Below are positions 31,317-39,303 of a DNA stretch of 64,000 nt, in pieces. Position numbers and translations under genes: made by a program. How positions within the stretch are numbered: position 1 is the stretch's first letter; the number at the start of each line of letters is the position of its first letter. Source of the DNA: an uncultured Clostridia bacterium (GTDB taxonomy: Bacteria > Bacillota > Clostridia > Christensenellales > UBA1242); the NCBI GenBank assembly GCA_934777435.1, contig CAKVNK010000002.1, positions 195,889-259,888 of the forward strand, given 5' to 3'. The notes below the pieces were generated by a model. The model saw nothing but the letters and a program-made list of their open reading frames with translations. It was not told the DNA's origin and searched no databases.

Positions 31317-31789
31317 GTGTAAAGTATGTGATGTCGATTAATCATACTTTTGAGCAGAGGACAATTTATAATGTTTACATTAATAAATTGGCTTTTGCGA
31401 AAAAGTTGTTTAATATGTTAAGTGAACGTAAGTGAACGCAACATATTAGGCAAGTTTATGCTTATTCATTTAAGCAAAAGGCAAACTTAATGTGGCAACA
31501 CATTAGGATTGTTGGGGGTGAACCCCTACAAGTAAATTTGCAAATTTGTTTGTAGTGATACAAACTTTCGGCACTTGAATTGTACACACCAGGTGCTGAA
31601 AAGCAAAATGCTTTCGCGACATCGCAAAGGCATTTAGGTTCCTTTGGTATCAGCCAAAAGGGCAGTTTGGCAAACTAAAAATGCTAAAACGTTGAATTAT
31701 TGCCTTAGTCGGAAAAGTGTAATGGTTTGACGTACGCTTTGGTAAAACAAAGCAAAACTTATTTAAAAAATTTAAAGGGGAAAATAAAA
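31317..31789 (+). promoter_or_regulatory. Long (~470 nt) hairpin-rich 5' leader or candidate structured RNA
   Basis: No ORF of 60 aa or more. At least 8 stem-loops, several with GNRA loops (taatgtg-GCAA-cacatta, gtttgta-GTGA-tacaaac). Mutually exclusive pairings around ccaaaagg (cctttgg/ccaaaagg versus gccaaa/tttggc). Confidence 0.4.
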
Positions 31790-32431
31790 ATGACAAAAAT
31801 GAAATCTAAAAAGATGTCAAAGTCAACATTTGCAATCATTATAATGGGAATTATTATGGTCGCTATGCTCGCTTTCGGCGGCACTTTCGCGTACTTTACT
31901 GCTAGTGCAAAAGCTGATAGCACAAAAGAATTAAAAACAGGTTATGTAAAATTGTCAGCCAACGGTGCTTTAGCAAGCGTTACAGCAACAAATATTATGC
32001 CTGGTGAAACTATTCTTGCAGAAAATGCTATTAAACTTACAGTTGATACAACTGAAACTAAAGGTAATTATGTTGCAATTAAATTTGTTATAACAGCCAA
32101 AGATTCTTCTGGTGCTGCTATTACAGATTTATCAAAAGTTGGTTTAAACCTTACAACTGCACTTGGTGCAAATTGGATTGCTAGTGGTACTGATAACATT
32201 TATCTTTATGGCACTGGTGATGCTGCAACTGTAGTTAAATCAGGTGAATTAAATGTAAATGCTGCTGCTTTAAAATTTGATGCAACAGATAACTGGACTC
32301 AAGGAGGAACAAGTTCAGACAACAAATTAATGGAAGCAACAATCACAATTTCAATGGAAGCACACTCAATTCAATCAACTGGTGTTGATGCTGCAACAGC
32401 TAAAACACAACTTGTAGGTTTGTTTGCTTAA
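31790..32431 (+). CDS. TasA/camelysin-family secreted protein with SipW-type signal peptide (expressed copy A)
   Basis: GGGG RBS upstream of ATG 31790. MTKMKSKKMSKSTFAIIIMGIIMVAMLAFGGTFAYFTA matches the SipW-dependent signal-peptide pattern (GGTFAYF-T/S). A terminator follows. Confidence 0.8.
   Translation: MTKMKSKKMSKSTFAIIIMGIIMVAMLAFGGTFAYFTASAKADSTKELKTGYVKLSANGALASVTATNIMPGETILAENAIKLTVDTTETKGNYVAIKFVITAKDSSGAAITDLSKVGLNLTTALGANWIASGTDNIYLYGTGDAATVVKSGELNVNAAALKFDATDNWTQGGTSSDNKLMEATITISMEAHSIQSTGVDAATAKTQLVGLFA
31839..31904 (+). repeat. Inverted repeat, left arm (66 bp, inside the signal-peptide coding region)
   Basis: ttataatgggaattattatggtcgctatgctcgctttcggcggcactttcgcgtactttactgcta is the exact reverse complement of 33296-33361. 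Confidence 0.95.
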
Positions 32432-32449
32432 TTACAATCAAATTAAAAA

Positions 32450-32471
32450 ACACGCATTAGCGTGTTTTTTT
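32450..32471 (+). terminator. Terminator of cassette A
   Basis: acacgc-atta-gcgtgt followed by T7. It is the reverse complement of the hairpin at 32736-32751. Confidence 0.75.
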
Positions 32472-32728
32472 CATATTTATTGGGGGGGGATTTTCAATAA
32501 TACCTATATATATTATATATTAGAACAGCAAAACAACTTTTGCTGTTCTTTATATTAATATATGTATATGGTTGATTTTTCACCCAAAGTTTTTTTAAAC
32601 AAAGTTGTTCAATATTAATACGTTCATTTTAATTAATATATTTTAATCTCTGTATTTATGCTTGTTTAAGTTTAACAAGATTTAATCTCAACTCGCTTTC
32701 TAACAAACCAAATTTCAATTTTTATGCA

Positions 32729-32752
32729 CAAAAAAACACGCTAATGCGTGTT
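32729..32752 (-). terminator. Terminator of cassette B
   Basis: Read on the minus strand: acacgc-atta-gcgtgt followed by a T-run. Confidence 0.7.
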
Positions 32753-32759
32753 TTTTTTA

Positions 32760-33356
32760 TTATTTATTGTCTATTGTAGCGGCTGCATAAGCTCCAGCAA
32801 CATCTGTGCCGAAACCTTCATATTGAGCTGCAGATGAATCAATAGTTACTTTAATTGTTGCATCCATTAATGAACCTTTTAATGCTTCAGTACTTACACT
32901 ATAACCATCAAAAGTAATGCTTGAACAAACATCTTTCGGTGTTGACGCTTCAGCACCTTCAATAACTGCATAGTAAACATCTGTTTGATCTGGTACAAGT
33001 TTCCAATCCGCAGCAACTGTTGGTGTTAATTTGTATTCGCCTTCTGCTTTTGGTTCTGCTGTAACCTTTTTCAATACTGCTGTATTATAGCCTTCACCTG
33101 TAGCTTTTGTAATGTCTACAGAGAATTTAACAAATACATATGTTTTAACATTTGAATTTGATGTGATAGTAACTTTGTTTTCATCACCAACAAGTAATTC
33201 TTGTCCTGGAACTACTTTTGTTGTCAAAGTGAAAGTGCTGTTTGCACCTAATTGAACTCTACCAGTTTGAACTTCTTTACTTTGTGCTGTTGTAGTAGCA
33301 GTAAAGTACGCGAAAGTGCCGCCGAAAGCGAGCATAGCGACCATAATAATTCCCAT
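32760..33356 (-). CDS. TasA/camelysin-family cassette B, 5'-truncated (no n-region or RBS); probable silent copy
   Basis: The ORF starts inside the inverted repeat at MGIIMVAMLAFGGTFAYFTA. An in-frame TGA lies 6 codons upstream and the nearest SD-like GGTGA is 15 nt away. The mature region (TTTAQSKEVQTGRVQLGANS...) is paralogous to copy A but diverged. Confidence 0.65.
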   Translation of the reverse strand: MGIIMVAMLAFGGTFAYFTATTTAQSKEVQTGRVQLGANSTFTLTTKVVPGQELLVGDENKVTITSNSNVKTYVFVKFSVDITKATGEGYNTAVLKKVTAEPKAEGEYKLTPTVAADWKLVPDQTDVYYAVIEGAEASTPKDVCSSITFDGYSVSTEALKGSLMDATIKVTIDSSAAQYEGFGTDVAGAYAAATIDNK

Positions 33357-33361
33357 TATAA
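33296..33361 (-). repeat. Inverted repeat, right arm (66 bp)
   Basis: Exact reverse complement of 31839-31904. Identity breaks on both flanks. Confidence 0.95.
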
Positions 33362-33432
33362 CGCGGTTAATTCACCTTTTTGCTAATTTGCTAATCATAG
33401 ATTACGCAAATATGAGCCTTTCAGGTGATTAA

Positions 33433-33768
33433 CCGCTTGCTATCAAGGGCGGAAACAATCTTTCCCCCTTGATGAATCCCCTTTGACTAAATAGGGCTAT
33501 TGAAGTGTGAGAGCCAATCAGTGTAAGGACAAGTGTGTTCGTGGCGTTTATTAAGAGACAAACCAATTTTAACTTTGTTAAAATTCTTTTTCCCTTAATG
33601 AATCCCTTTTGGTTAAAGCGGATTATGAAGTGTGCTTCGAAGTCGGTGCGTGGAAGTCTATTGGGTGGCCGCCCGCTTGCTATCAAGGGTGGAAACAATC
33701 TTTCCCCCTTGATGAATCCCCTTTGACTAAATAGGACTATTGAAGTGTGAAAGCAAATCAGTGTAAGG
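33433..33768. repeat. Triplicated structured repeat (two ~96-bp copies about 96% identical, plus a degenerate middle copy)
   Basis: Copy 33433-33528 and copy 33673-33768 differ at 4 positions. A degenerate copy lies at about 33581-33655. Each full copy contains the hairpin tcaaggg-c-ggaaa-caatc-tttcc-cccttga. Confidence 0.8.
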
Positions 33769-33846
33769 CTGGGGTTGTCCCTTTTACGTGTAAACCTACT
33801 ATGTAAGGCTTTGTAGGGGCTTCTAAAAAGTGGCCTGTTATTCCAT

Positions 33847-33929
33847 TTGTATATTATAAAATATACAAATATGTAATTGTATATTATAAAATATACAAAT
33901 ATGTAATTGTAGATTGAAAAATATACAAA
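33847..33929. repeat. 30-bp tandem repeat (2.8 copies), each unit containing a 10-4-10 palindrome
   Basis: Unit ttgtatattataaaatatacaaatatgtaa at 33847 and 33877, with a degenerate copy at 33907. Palindrome is tttgtatatt-ataa-aatatacaaa. Confidence 0.85.
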
Positions 33930-34032
33930 AGCACCTTTAGGGCGTATGGTGGCTTGCTATTATGATTATTTACTTTGTAAAACACTGGATATTGCAATGC
34001 TTTTAAATTTTATGTTTGTGTTAATTGTTTGA

Positions 34033-35043
34033 TTAAACTTCAATTATTTTTAGGTCGTGGGCGTCTTGATATACTATGTGATAACCGTCACTGAGTGGGT
34101 CTTCTGGGTCTAATGGTAGCCACTGGTGGTGTGTGCCTAATTCTTCAGGAACTGGGGCGTTATATGCGGTTGGTACGGCATAACATATATATTCAGGCTG
34201 GTTATCCTTATAAATTGCACCAAGGCAGTAAGTGTTGCTTCCTTCGGATATTGTTACAAAACGGCTGTTTTCGATTCTGCTGTTAAGTTCTTCGCACTCT
34301 GGAAAGGTTTTAAATATATAATCAAACTGTGGAATTAGGCTTTCTAATATAGTTGGTGTTTTGCTTGTGCTTGCTGGTTCGCTGTCAGGTTTAGTCTGTT
34401 TTTCTGCCAGTATATGGTTAGATTGTTGTTCTGATTGTTTAGGTAAATTATTTGTAGCAATGTTATCCGCATTGTTTTGTTGTGTGGGTTGGCTTTGTTG
34501 CGATTGTTGAGTGTAAAAGTATTCCTTGTACTTACAGCCGATACAAGGGTTAACGTTGTTTGCATTATCGCATTGATTTTGACATGGTTGTTGGCTGTTG
34601 GTTTGCTGTTGCTGACTTGCGTTGATTGGATTGTTGCTTTGAGTGGCTGTTTCGCGTGTTGGCGTGATTTTGTTAGGACTATAACAGTTGTTTAAGTTGT
34701 TGGTGATAACTGATGTGTCGTCAAAATAATAACCGCCGTATGTCCCGCCGGCTAAAAGTGGGGTGTTGTTATTTAAAGTGTCCACAACCGCACAGTAAAA
34801 ATCTGCGTTAATATCAAAATCGCCAACCAAAGAACTTATGTATGCTCCGTCTTTAAACAACATATTGCCAGCAAAAACTTGGTTGTTGTGATAAACGCCT
34901 AATTTTGCGTTTGCGTCCAGCGGGGCAAATGAATACAGACGAAGTTTGGTTGTTAATAAATCGTTTTCTTGTGTTAGGGTTAAAATTGCTCTGCCTGATT
35001 TGTTGTTGGTTTGTGATTGTAAAATCATTGTTTTGCTTTTCAT
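34033..35043 (-). CDS. Hypothetical protein with Q/N-rich central linker
   Basis: Long ORF. The first ATG at 35043 has no SD, so the start is uncertain (the TTG at 35058 is an alternative). Central region is rich in Q/N. No family recognised. Confidence 0.55.
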   Translation of the reverse strand: MKSKTMILQSQTNNKSGRAILTLTQENDLLTTKLRLYSFAPLDANAKLGVYHNNQVFAGNMLFKDGAYISSLVGDFDINADFYCAVVDTLNNNTPLLAGGTYGGYYFDDTSVITNNLNNCYSPNKITPTRETATQSNNPINASQQQQTNSQQPCQNQCDNANNVNPCIGCKYKEYFYTQQSQQSQPTQQNNADNIATNNLPKQSEQQSNHILAEKQTKPDSEPASTSKTPTILESLIPQFDYIFKTFPECEELNSRIENSRFVTISEGSNTYCLGAIYKDNQPEYICYAVPTAYNAPVPEELGTHHQWLPLDPEDPLSDGYHIVYQDAHDLKIIEV

Positions 35044-35298
35044 ATTTCTATTATACAAGGCAAAAGTAAAGCATATTACAAGAATTTTGGGCTTATGCTG
35101 ATATCTTTGTTAAAATTACACTTTTCTTGTTGAAATTTAAGGGCTAAATGACAGTTAGAATAATCTATTTTGTTTGACAACCTTGCGTTTGTATGCTAAT
35201 ATTATGTAAGCGTGAATTGGCGGTGAATTTTTGCACTGCTTATATTAAAATTTGCATATTAGTTTACGCTTTTGGCAATAATTTTGGGACGAGGATAT

Positions 35299-36702
35299 AT
35301 GAAAAAGTTTTCTAATTTTGTTATTTGTTTATTATTGTGTGTCTTTGCAATCGGTTTTGTTGGCTGTGGTAAAGATAAAGGCAATGGTTTTAGCCCTGCA
35401 ACTGAAGAAACTGTTATAGGCAACGGTGGTATGGTTGTAAGAAAAGGCGAATATGTTTACTTTGCAAATGGTTTTCAAAATGTTAGTGAATTGAAAGAAG
35501 ACCAACGTGACAGTGCTTACACAAAAGGTGGGCTTTATGTTGCTAAACTTGAAAATGACGAATTTGTGCGTGATAAAGATGGTTATTTAGTTAGTGACAA
35601 TTTGCGTCAAGTAAGCACAAAACTTGCTGGCTATGATGCAACTGACCTTTATGTGTTTGGTGATTACCTTTATTTTGTAAGCCCAAGCACAAAGCAAGAA
35701 TCTGGTAAGTTGAATGAAAGTAAGTGGGCAAAAGACAGGTCTGTTTTCTATCGTGTTAAACTCAACAATTTTGATAGGATTGAAGAACTTTACCAAGCAA
35801 ATGTAAAACATGAAAATTTAAGTTATCAATATTACAATCAAAATGGCAAAACCTACCTTTTGGTGCATGAAAAAGGTGAAGATTTAAACGGTGACAAAAA
35901 CACAGATAGGCTTTTACGTATTGATGTTCAAGCAAAAAAGAAAAAGAACAAAGTTAAAGTTGTTGCTTCAAATGTAACAAGTTTTGTGTTTGGTGCAAAT
36001 AAAGAAGATAACGCTTTTGACCGTGTTTACTTTGTTGAAAAAGCAGACGAAAAATACAATTTATATCGTTACGATGTTACAACAAATGAAAAAACAACAG
36101 TTATTGATGGTTCAACAACTGAAATTGTGGCAAAATTTGTAAGTGAAAATTATGTGTTTATCACTCGCACAGACGGTAGCACAACACGTATGCAACGTGC
36201 TGAAATTGGTGGCTCATTTAGAGATATGATGCCAGACGCGAGTGAAGATGCAGTTGGTAAATTGTTCTTAATGCCTAATGGCTCTGACCTTATGAGTGTT
36301 GTTAATAATAGATTCCAATTCTATATGGCTGGCAATCAAACTGTAAGCCCAAGGTACATTGAAGATACTGATAGCGACAGCGTTTCAACAATCAATGTTA
36401 TTGGCTTTGCAAATGGTTCTATTGTTTATTATGATAATAACAACAAACTTAAAATGGTAAGTTATAGTGAATTCTTGGCTGGTAACACTTCAGCAATTCA
36501 TTATCTTGCAAAAGTTGAAGTTAATGCTGACTATTTGGATATTAATGGTGGCGACCTTTACTACTGCACAGGTGAAAAGGCTGGTTACTTATTCAAAATT
36601 GATTTGGTAAACAACACAGCAGAAGAAGGCAAAGCAGAAGGTGAAATTGTTGGTGTTTATTTGGACGCTGACAAACCAAAAGACGAAGAAAACGCAAATT
36701 AA
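35299..36702 (+). CDS. Lipoprotein, function unknown (possibly beta-propeller-like)
   Basis: GAGGA RBS. MKKFSNFVICLLLCVFAIGFVGCGKD carries a lipobox. Recurrent YVYF/LYYC strand-like motifs. Confidence 0.65.
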   Translation: MKKFSNFVICLLLCVFAIGFVGCGKDKGNGFSPATEETVIGNGGMVVRKGEYVYFANGFQNVSELKEDQRDSAYTKGGLYVAKLENDEFVRDKDGYLVSDNLRQVSTKLAGYDATDLYVFGDYLYFVSPSTKQESGKLNESKWAKDRSVFYRVKLNNFDRIEELYQANVKHENLSYQYYNQNGKTYLLVHEKGEDLNGDKNTDRLLRIDVQAKKKKNKVKVVASNVTSFVFGANKEDNAFDRVYFVEKADEKYNLYRYDVTTNEKTTVIDGSTTEIVAKFVSENYVFITRTDGSTTRMQRAEIGGSFRDMMPDASEDAVGKLFLMPNGSDLMSVVNNRFQFYMAGNQTVSPRYIEDTDSDSVSTINVIGFANGSIVYYDNNNKLKMVSYSEFLAGNTSAIHYLAKVEVNADYLDINGGDLYYCTGEKAGYLFKIDLVNNTAEEGKAEGEIVGVYLDADKPKDEENAN

Positions 36703-36819
36703 TAAATCTTAATTGCTGGCAATTTGCTTTGGCGGTTCAATTATGTTGATATTGTTATAATATAAAGCGTGATTGAAAATTTAAAACAAAAATAAAAAAT
36801 TTAAAACAAAAATAAAAAA

Positions 36820-36845
36820 GCGGACAATTTGATGTCCGTTTTTTG
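36820..36845. terminator. Terminator between convergent genes
   Basis: Stem cggaca/tgtccg with an A-run on one side and a T-run on the other. Confidence 0.7.
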
Positions 36846-36859
36846 TTGTGCTTGATAGG

Positions 36860-37627
36860 TTAAAATTTGCCTTTTTTCTTTTTCAACTCTAATTCACGTT
36901 TTTGTTTTTCTTTTTCTTGCTTTAATTTGCCAAGTTGTTCATATTTTTTAGCCGTCATTTCACGTGCTATCATAATTTTTGTTTCGCTTGTTGGGGTGAG
37001 TTCTTTGCAATAACGTGTTAATTTGCTAACCAAATCTTCAAGATATGGGTTTGTGTTTTCGCCACTGTGTTGATAAATTGTAAGGATGTTTGCATTAGTT
37101 TGCACGCCTGTGAAATGGTCTGTGTAAACATCTTTATCAAATGAATAAGTTATTTTAAAACCTATACCGTTCGTGCTTTTATATTCTTCACTTACGGTTT
37201 GAATTGTGTAGGCTGGTTTAAGTTTCTGCATCAAAAATTCAGGGTCGAAGTTAACACCAGAGATAAACATATTTTTAAAGTTATCAATTAAAAATTGTTT
37301 ATGCTTCATCAAATGGTCATGTGACTTAATAAGTTTGCTGAAATGTTTATAAGTGGAGCGAAGTGTGAGCCTGCTGGTTGAACTGATTTTTTCAGTTGCC
37401 ATATTTAGTTCACAAAAATTGCCAATTTGTGTTTTAAAAAGAACAATGTTTGATTTAAGCAGTGCAAAATCGTCTGTATCATAATAGGTAAATGTTTTTT
37501 TAATTTTATCTTCAAAGTGCATTGCATACTTATCAAAAAAAGCATTTAGTTCCAAAACCGCTGCTTTGGTTTTTTCACTAAACATGATAAATCTGCGTTT
37601 TTGATAAATCACATCTAAACTTTGCAT
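36860..37627 (-). CDS. Hypothetical protein with basic coiled C-terminus
   Basis: AAAGGGG RBS upstream of ATG 37627. 255 aa. No family recognised. Confidence 0.55.
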   Translation of the reverse strand: MQSLDVIYQKRRFIMFSEKTKAAVLELNAFFDKYAMHFEDKIKKTFTYYDTDDFALLKSNIVLFKTQIGNFCELNMATEKISSTSRLTLRSTYKHFSKLIKSHDHLMKHKQFLIDNFKNMFISGVNFDPEFLMQKLKPAYTIQTVSEEYKSTNGIGFKITYSFDKDVYTDHFTGVQTNANILTIYQHSGENTNPYLEDLVSKLTRYCKELTPTSETKIMIAREMTAKKYEQLGKLKQEKEKQKRELELKKKKGKF

Positions 37628-37721
37628 TTTAACCCCTTTTGTTTAATAATAGTTTAGTTAAAATTGCCAAAAAAATCAAGAAAATGTAGAGTTTTTTTAT
37701 TCTTTTTGCTATAATTTTTAT

Positions 37722-39101
37722 ATGAAAAATAAAAAAAGCAAACCAAATGCAAAAATTAATACTAGTGCAATCAAGCCTGTTGATGATAATAAACCATTAA
37801 CTGAAATTTTGCCAGTTGACTTTTTGGATAATATGAAAACAATTTTAGGTGGAGAATTTAATGATTTTTTATCCGCTTTAAATCAGCCAAAGCAATCAGC
37901 GATATTTGTTAACAATAAAATTTCAGTTGATAAATTTAAACAGATTGTGGACTTTGAAATTGAACCAGTGCCTTATGAAAACCGTGGTTTTTATGTTAAT
38001 CAAAAGTTGGGTAAACACCCATTGCACCATGCGGGTGCGTTTTATGTGCAAGAACCAAGTGCAATGTTCACTGTAAACGCTCATCAATTTAAAGGTGACG
38101 AACTTGTGCTTGATATGTGTGCCGCACCTGGTGGTAAATCAATACAACTTGCAAACCGTGTGCCAAATGGGGTGGTGGTAAGCAATGAAATTAACAGAGA
38201 AAGATGTGGTATCCTGTTTTCAAACATTGAACGCATGGGACTTAAAAATGTTATTGTTACCAACGATACACCACAAAACATAGGTGAAGCATATGCTGGT
38301 TGTTTTGATGTTGTGCTGGTTGATGCACCTTGCAGTGGCGAAGGTATGTTTAGGCGTGGTGAACAAGTGGTTAAAGAGTGGAACAAAACCTTGCCACAAA
38401 TGTGTGCTGACCGTCAAAAGCAAATTTTAGATTCGGCAGACAAGGCGTTGAGACAAAATGGATATTTAATCTATTCCACTTGCACATATTCTTTAGAAGA
38501 AAATGAGCAGACTGTTAAAGCTTTTGCGGAACTTTATAACTACAAACTTTGCAACATTGATGAAGACCTACCACGAGGCATTAATATGCCAGAGGCGGTG
38601 AGATTGTATCCGCACAAGGTGAAAGGTGAAGGGCAGTTTGTTGCAGTGTTGCAAAAGGCATGTGAAAACGATAGTGTGGCGTATGCAAATTTACACACTA
38701 AAAATTGTTCTTTGGCTAGCCAGTTTGTTCAAAGTTGTTGTGGCGAAAATTCAGATTGTATGGAATATGGTAACTTTGCATACATTGTGCCAAACACAAG
38801 TTTGATAAAGCGTGGAGTGAATTATTACTCTCTCGGTGTTCGTGTCGGCTGTGTGAAAAATAAAAGATTTGAACCAGCACATAATTTCTTTTCAGCATTT
38901 GGTGGCGATTTTAAAATTAAATGTGATTTAGATTTTGGCTCGACTGAAGTCTTAAAATACCTTAATGGTGAAACTTTAGACGTTGATCTGCCTGACGGTT
39001 GGGGCGCTTTGCTTATTAATGGTTGCCCGGTTGGTGGGTTTAAAATGGCTGGTGGGAAGTTTAAAAATCACTATCCCAAAGGGCTTAGAAGTTTAAGTTA
39101 A
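37722..39101 (+). CDS. rRNA cytosine-C5 methyltransferase, RsmF/RsmB (NOL1/NOP2/Sun) family
   Basis: SAM-binding motif DMCAAPGGKS, catalytic DAPCSGEG and YSTCT motifs, and a C-terminal PUA-like extension. Confidence 0.85.
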   Translation: MKNKKSKPNAKINTSAIKPVDDNKPLTEILPVDFLDNMKTILGGEFNDFLSALNQPKQSAIFVNNKISVDKFKQIVDFEIEPVPYENRGFYVNQKLGKHPLHHAGAFYVQEPSAMFTVNAHQFKGDELVLDMCAAPGGKSIQLANRVPNGVVVSNEINRERCGILFSNIERMGLKNVIVTNDTPQNIGEAYAGCFDVVLVDAPCSGEGMFRRGEQVVKEWNKTLPQMCADRQKQILDSADKALRQNGYLIYSTCTYSLEENEQTVKAFAELYNYKLCNIDEDLPRGINMPEAVRLYPHKVKGEGQFVAVLQKACENDSVAYANLHTKNCSLASQFVQSCCGENSDCMEYGNFAYIVPNTSLIKRGVNYYSLGVRVGCVKNKRFEPAHNFFSAFGGDFKIKCDLDFGSTEVLKYLNGETLDVDLPDGWGALLINGCPVGGFKMAGGKFKNHYPKGLRSLS

Positions 39102-39303
39102 GTTTGATTGTGGAAGATATAATTGATCTTTAAATTTATTAAAAATTTAAACAAATTGGTAAAAACTGATAAAAAATTAACTTTTTTTGTTAAAATTTGC
39201 CAATTTTTTTATTTTTTTTAAAAAAAATTTAAAAAAGGTATTGAAAAAACAAACTGTATGAGATATAATAAGCCCGAACAAACAAAAAGGAGATTTATTT
39301 TTT

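Larger units (their letters stand above)
31905..33295. other. Putative invertible DNA segment (1391 bp) carrying the two alternative mature-domain cassettes
   Basis: Bounded by perfect 66-bp inverted repeats. Contains the 3' parts of two convergent paralogues and mirror-image terminators. Confidence 0.55.

Noticed and set aside
31478-31510. c-di-GMP-I (GEMM) riboswitch in the TasA-like leader
   Set aside because: AGGCAAAC followed by a GNRA-capped hairpin resembles the first half of GEMM-I. The expected adjacent GGACGCAAAGCC element is missing; the only TCGCAAAGGC lies about 130 nt downstream. This is not a canonical match.
33433-33528. SAM-I or yybP-ykoY riboswitch identity for the 96-bp repeat unit
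   Set aside because: There are superficial matches (TATCAAG..GG..GATGAA on the plus strand; AAAGGGGA...TAGCAAG on the minus strand). The helices pair differently from either consensus and other conserved cores are absent.
33429-33698. 89-aa minus-strand ORF overlapping the triplicated repeat
   Set aside because: Its sequence is internally repeated only because it reads through the DNA repeats (GFIKG.R and FPPLIASG recur). It has no RBS and a low-complexity composition. It is treated as non-coding repeat sequence.
35028-35060. Leaderless-mRNA start for the Q/N-rich protein (TATAAT 6 nt upstream of ATG 35043)
   Set aside because: No acceptable -35 element lies at proper spacing, and the hexamer could be coincidental in AT-rich DNA. 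The start codon is left uncertain.
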